A stretch of 24,107 nucleotides of DNA from an uncultured Candidatus Saccharibacteria bacterium (GTDB lineage Bacteria; Patescibacteriota; Minisyncoccia; Phycocordibacterales; PALSA-1337). The notes under the pieces are model-generated. The model saw only the letters and a list, made by a program, of their open reading frames with translations, was not told the origin of the DNA and ran no database searches. The stretch is from assembly GCA_964507965.1 (NCBI GenBank), contig CAZDRC010000002.1, forward strand, positions 3,261-27,367. The letters are read 5' to 3'. The translations under genes and the position numbers were made by a program. Shown piece by piece: positions 18,870-24,107 of this stretch (the stretch's first letter is position 1; each line of letters starts with the position of its first letter).

Positions 18870-18898
18870 TTGATTTTTATTTACATATATATTAGAGT
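18870..18898 (+). promoter_or_regulatory. Putative sigma70 promoter of rplY
   Basis: TTGATT, 17-nt spacer, TAGAGT, 9 nt before ATG. Confidence 0.55.
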
Positions 18899-18907
18899 AT
18901 ATACTCC

Positions 18908-19585
18908 ATGATCGCTTTGAATATAGAAAAGAGAGATATGAAGCTCAATCTAGAAAACCTCCGCAAGGAAGGCAGACTTCCTGCTGTATTCTATGGTCCA
19001 AAGGAAAAGGCTACTCCTATCACAATATCTATGAAAGATTTCATAAAAGCTTGGAGAAAAGCTGGTGAATCTTCTGTTATTATCTTGAAAGATGGTGCGA
19101 ATGAACATGAAGCTCTGATATACGATATAGATGTACATCCAGTTACAGGTACACCACGTCATGCAGATTTCTATGTTATAGAAAAGGGTAAAAAGGTAAA
19201 GGTTCATATACCTCTAGTATTCGAAGGCATTTCTCCTGCAGTGAAAGATAAAGGTGGAATTCTAGTAAAAGTCCTACGAGAATTGGAAATAGAAGCAGCT
19301 CCGAAGGATCTTCCACATGAACTCAAAGTAGATATATCTACTCTAATAGAGCTTACAAGTGTTGTTATAGCAAAAGATATAAAGATACCAACTGGCATTA
19401 CTCTAATATCTAATATTGATGAAATAGTAGCTTCTATATCAGTAGCTAAAGAAGAAATAGAAGAAGTAAAGCCTATAGATATGTCTACAATAGAAGTAGA
19501 GAAGAAAGGTAAAGAAGCAAAGGAGGGCGAGGAACCTATTGCAGAAGATAATACAGAACCAAAAAAGAAAGAAGAAAAGAAATAG
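18908..19585 (+). CDS. rplY: 50S ribosomal protein L25/general stress protein Ctc
   Basis: LRKEGRLPAVFYG, VHPVTG..HADFY, IPLVFEG.SPAVK..GG, LPHELKVDIS and an acidic tail. Confidence 0.95.
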   Translation: MIALNIEKRDMKLNLENLRKEGRLPAVFYGPKEKATPITISMKDFIKAWRKAGESSVIILKDGANEHEALIYDIDVHPVTGTPRHADFYVIEKGKKVKVHIPLVFEGISPAVKDKGGILVKVLRELEIEAAPKDLPHELKVDISTLIELTSVVIAKDIKIPTGITLISNIDEIVASISVAKEEIEEVKPIDMSTIEVEKKGKEAKEGEEPIAEDNTEPKKKEEKK

Positions 19586-19608
19586 CATATTGTGTTACAA
19601 TAATATCC

Positions 19609-20964
19609 ATGAATTCAGTATTCAGGAATGTTACTATTACAATTTTCATATTTGCCTTTATTTTACCTAGTATAGCTTTTTCCCAATCAACTACAGAATC
19701 AATAAGCGATAGAGAGGCTCGTCTACGCGCTGAATTAGCACAGGTAGAGAAGGAACAGAAAGAGACAGAAATAATATTGAAGGAAACGCAGGGGCAATCC
19801 GCTTCTCTGAAGCGTGATATTACTATTCTAGATACCAAGATAAAGGTAGCCCAATTGAATATAAAGGCCAAGAATCTTCTCATAGAAAGTCTAGGTAAGG
19901 ATATATCTAATAAAGAGAAGACAATAGAAACTCTAGCAGAGAGAATAGATCGTGGCAGAGAAACTCTCACTCAGATAATGAGGAAGACTAATGAAATAGA
20001 TAGTATTACTATTCCAGAGATTATATTAACAAGTACCAATCTCACCAATATATTTTCTGATCTCGATGACTTCGAATCATTACAGAAATCCTTATTGATT
20101 ACATTCGAAGAGATAAGGAATGCAAAAACTCAAACAGAGACAGAGAAAGAGGAGCTAGATGATAGGAGGAGTCAAGAAATGGATGCAAAATATGCCATAC
20201 AGCAGGAGGAAAAGAATATAAAAGGGAATCAAGGTGAGAAACAGAAATTATTGAATATAAGCAAGAATAATGAGCAGACTTATTCACAAGTATTAACACA
20301 GAAAAATCAGAGAGCAGCAGAAATACGTGCAGCGCTATTCTCACTCCGAGATGCAGCACCTATACCATTCGGTGATGCTTTGAAATATGCTAATTTCGCA
20401 TCACAGAAAACAGGAGTAAGACCTGCATTCATACTCGCTATACTCACTCAGGAGAGTGCATTAGGGGCAAATGTGGGCTCTTGCTATCTCACTAATCAAG
20501 ACACTGGTGCTGGAGCGAGTGCGAAGAGTGGTAGAGTATTCTCCAATGTTATGAAGCCGACAAGAGATGTGAAACCATTCGTGAGTATTACGAAGTCACT
20601 GGGACTTGATCCTATGAAGACATTGGTATCTTGTCCACAGTCTGTAGGATGGGGTGGTGCTATGGGTCCAGCACAATTCATACCCTCTACTTGGGTGCTA
20701 TTCGAAGATAGCATAGCTAGTATGCTAGGAATATCACAACCAGATCCATGGAATCCACAACATGCCTTCATGGCATCAGCAATATATCTAGGAGATCTAG
20801 GTGCCCTAGGAGGAAGCTATACGAAAGAACAGAATGCTGCATGTAGATATTATTCTGGCAGATCATGTAGTGCTTCTGCTCTTATAAAAAGCTATGGAAC
20901 TCAGGTTATGGTAAAGGCAGACAGTATACAGCGCAATATGATTGACCCATTACAGGGATTATGA
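19609..20964 (+). CDS. Exported coiled-coil protein with a C-terminal lytic transglycosylase domain
   Basis: N-terminal hydrophobic signal, a long heptad-rich region, AILTQES (catalytic Glu), GAMGPAQFIPSTW and PWNP..AFMASAIYL. Confidence 0.88.
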   Translation: MNSVFRNVTITIFIFAFILPSIAFSQSTTESISDREARLRAELAQVEKEQKETEIILKETQGQSASLKRDITILDTKIKVAQLNIKAKNLLIESLGKDISNKEKTIETLAERIDRGRETLTQIMRKTNEIDSITIPEIILTSTNLTNIFSDLDDFESLQKSLLITFEEIRNAKTQTETEKEELDDRRSQEMDAKYAIQQEEKNIKGNQGEKQKLLNISKNNEQTYSQVLTQKNQRAAEIRAALFSLRDAAPIPFGDALKYANFASQKTGVRPAFILAILTQESALGANVGSCYLTNQDTGAGASAKSGRVFSNVMKPTRDVKPFVSITKSLGLDPMKTLVSCPQSVGWGGAMGPAQFIPSTWVLFEDSIASMLGISQPDPWNPQHAFMASAIYLGDLGALGGSYTKEQNAACRYYSGRSCSASALIKSYGTQVMVKADSIQRNMIDPLQGL

Positions 20965-20984
20965 TAGAGTATCACTTATAAAAC

Positions 20985-21245
20985 ATGAGAAAAGATATAC
21001 ATCCAAGTGAATATCGACCAGTACTCTTCATTGACAATTCCTCTGGAGTGCATTTTTTTATTCCATCTACAATAGATACTAAAGAGAAAGCAAAGCATAC
21101 CGATGGTAAGGAATACCCAGCTTTCCATATAGAAATCTCTAGTGCTTCACATCCCTTCTATACTAATCAAGAAAAGACATTGGATAGCGCAGGTAGAGTA
21201 GAGAAATTCAAAACTCGCCAGTCAAAAGCTAAGAGTAAAAAATAA
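20985..21245 (+). CDS. rpmE2: 50S ribosomal protein L31 type B (Zn-free)
   Basis: [25 protein letters not shown]; no CxxC motifs. Confidence 0.95.
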   Translation: MRKDIHPSEYRPVLFIDNSSGVHFFIPSTIDTKEKAKHTDGKEYPAFHIEISSASHPFYTNQEKTLDSAGRVEKFKTRQSKAKSKK

Positions 21246-22147
21246 TGACTAATCATAGAACAGCATTTCTAGAGGAAATGCTAATAAAACTCGAAAAAGA
21301 GGAGAAAGATCTTTTATCTATGAGTGAAAAGGATCCATCTATGAAAGAGCTTGCAATAGCTGAGCTAGCTTCTGTAAAAGAGCAGAAGAATAGTGTAGAA
21401 GAGCAAATAAAATCTATATTAGAAGGAGAGAAAGAAGAAGAGGAATATCCAAAAGAAATAATATTAGAAATCCGTGCTGGTGCAGGCGGAGATGAAGCGA
21501 CAATATTCGCTAATGATCTATTGCAGATGTATAAGAGATATTCAGAATCAAGAGGCTGGTCTGCAAAGATTACAGAGGAATTAACATTAGAAATAAAGGG
21601 CAAAGACGTATTCGAATCTCTAAGATATGAAACAGGAGTACATAGAGTACAGAGAGTACCAGAAACAGAGAAAATTGGCAGAGTACATACATCTACAGCA
21701 TCAGTTGCTATTCTACCAATAAGAAAGAAATACAAATTCGAGGTTAATCCTACAGAAATAGAAATGGAATTCTCTCGTGCTGGTGGCAAAGGTGGACAGA
21801 ATGTCAATAAAGTAGAGACAGCAGTACGTCTGGTACATACACCTACAGGTATTGATGTCCGTGCTACTGCCGAGCGTAGCCAGGCTGCCAATAGGGAAAA
21901 GGCTATGGAGATATTAATGGCAAAATTGGAGGCTCTGAAGGAGGAACAAGAAGCAAAGAAATTCAGTGCGAATAGAAAGGGTCAAATAGGGACTGGCGAT
22001 AGATCAGAGAAAATAAGGACATACAATATTCTTCAGGATCGTATTACGGACCATAGGACGAAGCAGAATTGGCATAATATACCACTTATTATGGCTGGTA
22101 AATTAGATCCTATTATCGATTCCTTGAGAGAGATTGCAAATAAATAA
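21245..22147 (+). CDS. prfA: Peptide chain release factor 1 (shortened)
   Basis: [21 protein letters not shown] (PxT), [12 protein letters not shown]. Confidence 0.93.
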   Translation: MTNHRTAFLEEMLIKLEKEEKDLLSMSEKDPSMKELAIAELASVKEQKNSVEEQIKSILEGEKEEEEYPKEIILEIRAGAGGDEATIFANDLLQMYKRYSESRGWSAKITEELTLEIKGKDVFESLRYETGVHRVQRVPETEKIGRVHTSTASVAILPIRKKYKFEVNPTEIEMEFSRAGGKGGQNVNKVETAVRLVHTPTGIDVRATAERSQAANREKAMEILMAKLEALKEEQEAKKFSANRKGQIGTGDRSEKIRTYNILQDRITDHRTKQNWHNIPLIMAGKLDPIIDSLREIANK

Positions 22148-22171
22148 TAAAAGTGATAAACTCCATAAACA

Positions 22172-22918
22172 ATGTTAAAAGATACAAATTTAGTAAATAA
22201 TGATATAGAGAATATGTTCGTAGCTGGGGCACATTTCGCCTTTTCTCGTAGTAGGAGACATCCCTCTTCATCATCATATATTTTCGGAGTAAAGAATAAA
22301 GTAGAGATATTCGATTTAGAGAAGACATCTAGTCTATTAGATAAAGCAAAGAATTTCATAAAAGAATTAGGAAAAGACGGTAAGACCATACTATTCGTAG
22401 GAGGCAAGAGCGAAGCCAGAAACGCAATAAAGAACGGTGCTCAGTCTATAGGCATGCCATTCGTAGATGGTAGATGGATAGGAGGTACACTCACTAATTT
22501 CGTAGAGATCAGGAAGCGTGTGGAAAAGATGGAGAGATTAATGACAGAAAGAGAGAAAGGTGAATTGATAAAATATACAAAGAAAGAAAGATTATTGATA
22601 GATCGTGAGATTACCAAGCTTGAGAAATTCTTCTCTGGTATTGTTTCTATGAGGGAGAATCCAAAGGCATTATTTGTAATTGATCCTAAGAAAGAAAAGA
22701 GTGTAGTCAAGGAAGCACTAGATATGAAGATACCAGTAATAGCCCTTTCAGGATCTGATTGCGATATTAGGGATATTACATATCCAATACCAGCAAATGA
22801 TGCTTCTCAATCCAGTGCGAAATTCTTCACAGATGAGATAGTAAAAGCTTATAATGCAGGTAAACTAGAAGGTAGAACAGAAACGAAAGAAGTGAAGACA
22901 GAAACTAAGAAAGTATAG
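22172..22918 (+). CDS. rpsB: 30S ribosomal protein S2
   Basis: AGAHF, IFDLEKT, RWIGGTLTNF, PVIAL...DCD, IPAND. Confidence 0.97.
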   Translation: MLKDTNLVNNDIENMFVAGAHFAFSRSRRHPSSSSYIFGVKNKVEIFDLEKTSSLLDKAKNFIKELGKDGKTILFVGGKSEARNAIKNGAQSIGMPFVDGRWIGGTLTNFVEIRKRVEKMERLMTEREKGELIKYTKKERLLIDREITKLEKFFSGIVSMRENPKALFVIDPKKEKSVVKEALDMKIPVIALSGSDCDIRDITYPIPANDASQSSAKFFTDEIVKAYNAGKLEGRTETKEVKTETKKV

Positions 22919-22932
22919 TATAATATTTACAT

Positions 22933-23514
22933 ATGATTACAACAGAACAAATCAAAGATTTGCGAGATCAGACTGGCGTGTCTATCATGCAATGTAAGAA
23001 GGCATTAGAAGAAGCAAAAGGTGATATAGCCAAGGCTATTGTGATCCTAGAGAAGAAGAGTGGGGAATCTTCTCTTAAGAGGAAAGACAAGAACTTCAAT
23101 GCTGGTACAGTGCAGTCTTATATACATGCAACAGGTAATATAGGTACTATGGTTATACTTTCTTGTGAGACAGACTTCGTCTCTGGTAATAATGAATTCA
23201 AATCTCTTGCACGAGATATCGCTATGCATATTACTGCTACGAATCCTAGATTCATGAATAAAGATGATATTACAGAAGATGCCCGTACGAATGCCAGAGA
23301 AGTATTTCAGAATGAAGTAAAGGATAAACCGAAAGATATGCAAGAGAAAATATTAGAAGGGAAATTGGCAACATACTTCAGTGAGATGGTGCTTCTAGAT
23401 CAACCTTTCATAAAGGACCCCTCTATTACCATACAAGGTCTTATAGATAAGGCTGTTCAGAAATTCGGAGAGAAGATCGCCCTTACGAAGTTCAGTAGAT
23501 TCCAAAGCTCATAA
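22933..23514 (+). CDS. tsf: Elongation factor Ts (short form)
   Basis: IKDLRDQTGVSIMQCKKAL, SYIH, SCETDFV, LLDQPFIKD. Confidence 0.96.
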   Translation: MITTEQIKDLRDQTGVSIMQCKKALEEAKGDIAKAIVILEKKSGESSLKRKDKNFNAGTVQSYIHATGNIGTMVILSCETDFVSGNNEFKSLARDIAMHITATNPRFMNKDDITEDARTNAREVFQNEVKDKPKDMQEKILEGKLATYFSEMVLLDQPFIKDPSITIQGLIDKAVQKFGEKIALTKFSRFQSS

Positions 23515-23525
23515 TTAAGAAAAAT

Positions 23526-23885
23526 ATGACAGCATCAATGATACCTTTTTTCATATCAGCTATAGCTATGGCTATAATGATAAAATTAAAATCTCCATTG
23601 TCATTTATGAATAATAAGACAGACAATGCTGTTCATTCTTCCTATGTATATATTCGTAGATTAATATCTTATATCAATAGACATAGTGCTATTGCTCTTA
23701 TTCAATGGATAGCTTATCATATTCTCTCATGGATACGTTCTGTATATATATGGATACGTTCCATTGCTCGCTCTTATCCACATTCGAAGAAAGTCCTAGA
23801 TATGGTGAGAGGTAAGGGCACAGCAGAGAAGAATAATGGTGCATCATTCTATCTGAAGAAGATTTCTGAAGAGAAAGTACATTAA
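23526..23885 (+). CDS. Hypothetical protein with an N-terminal hydrophobic segment
   Basis: Open ORF continuing the operon; no recognised motif. Confidence 0.7.
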   Translation: MTASMIPFFISAIAMAIMIKLKSPLSFMNNKTDNAVHSSYVYIRRLISYINRHSAIALIQWIAYHILSWIRSVYIWIRSIARSYPHSKKVLDMVRGKGTAEKNNGASFYLKKISEEKVH

Positions 23886-23900
23886 TTCATAATAATACAC

Positions 23901-23973
23901 GCCACCTTAGCTCAGTTGGTAGAGCAACGCTTTTGTAAAGCGAAGGTCCCCAGTTCGAGTCTGGGAGGTGGCT
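23901..23973 (+). tRNA. tRNA-Thr(TGT), CCA not encoded
   Basis: GCCACCT/AGGTGGC acceptor stem, GCTC/GAGC D-arm, anticodon loop TTTGTAA, CCCAG-TTCGAGT-CTGGG T-arm. Confidence 0.95.
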
Positions 23974-24107
23974 CAGAAATGAGGTAAATGTGAATTGTTG
24001 TTAGAATTACTACTATCTAATCTTAGCTCGATAGACTTTTATAGTCGCAGTTTCTATTTTCTTATGCAGAATATCAATCTCACTATTTGTAAGAGTTTTA
24101 TCTAGTG

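Noticed and set aside
20985-21245. Zn-free L31 as a novelty
   Set aside because: This is the well-known type B paralog class.
19536-22407. Antisense ORFs of 144, 212 and 124 aa, and the many similar shadow ORFs across the window
   Set aside because: They lie opposite well-conserved genes and have the Ser/Phe/Leu-rich composition expected of antisense frames.
22933-23514. Short EF-Ts as a novelty
   Set aside because: The short form is established in Thermus, cyanobacteria and others.
23974-24107. Integration site downstream of tRNA-Thr
   Set aside because: No duplicate of the tRNA 3' end and no recognisable gene lies within the remaining 134 bp.

Overview
AT-rich bacterial chromosomal segment in standard code 11 (TGA is used as a stop). 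Gene content and compaction point to Patescibacteria/CPR, most likely Parcubacteria (inference): split transketolase, short EF-Ts, several prepilin-type genes, minimal intergenic spacers. Gene order: transketolase C-subunit, a structured leader plus a hypothetical ORF, uvrB-(dual receiver)-uvrA-uvrC-ddl, tRNA-Ala with two downstream copies of its 3' end flanking a pilin/LamG gene, pyrB, two small ORFs missing from the ORF track, an RRM protein, LOG/tgt (divergent), an ORF6N remnant, pfkB/fba (divergent), a 2-hydroxyacid dehydrogenase, two tandem pilins, rplY, a coiled-coil lytic transglycosylase, rpmE2-prfA-rpsB-tsf, a hypothetical and tRNA-Thr. The strongest leads are four. (1) An integrase-less mini-cassette array at tRNA-Ala carrying a pilin-lectin gene. 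(2) A three-state attenuator/riboswitch-like leader at 1011-1217. (3) A pared-down NER system: UvrA without the insertion domain and UvrC without HhH. (4) A LOG-tgt divergent pair that suggests a queuine-salvage route. No database searches or folding programs were run; all family calls come from motif recognition by eye.
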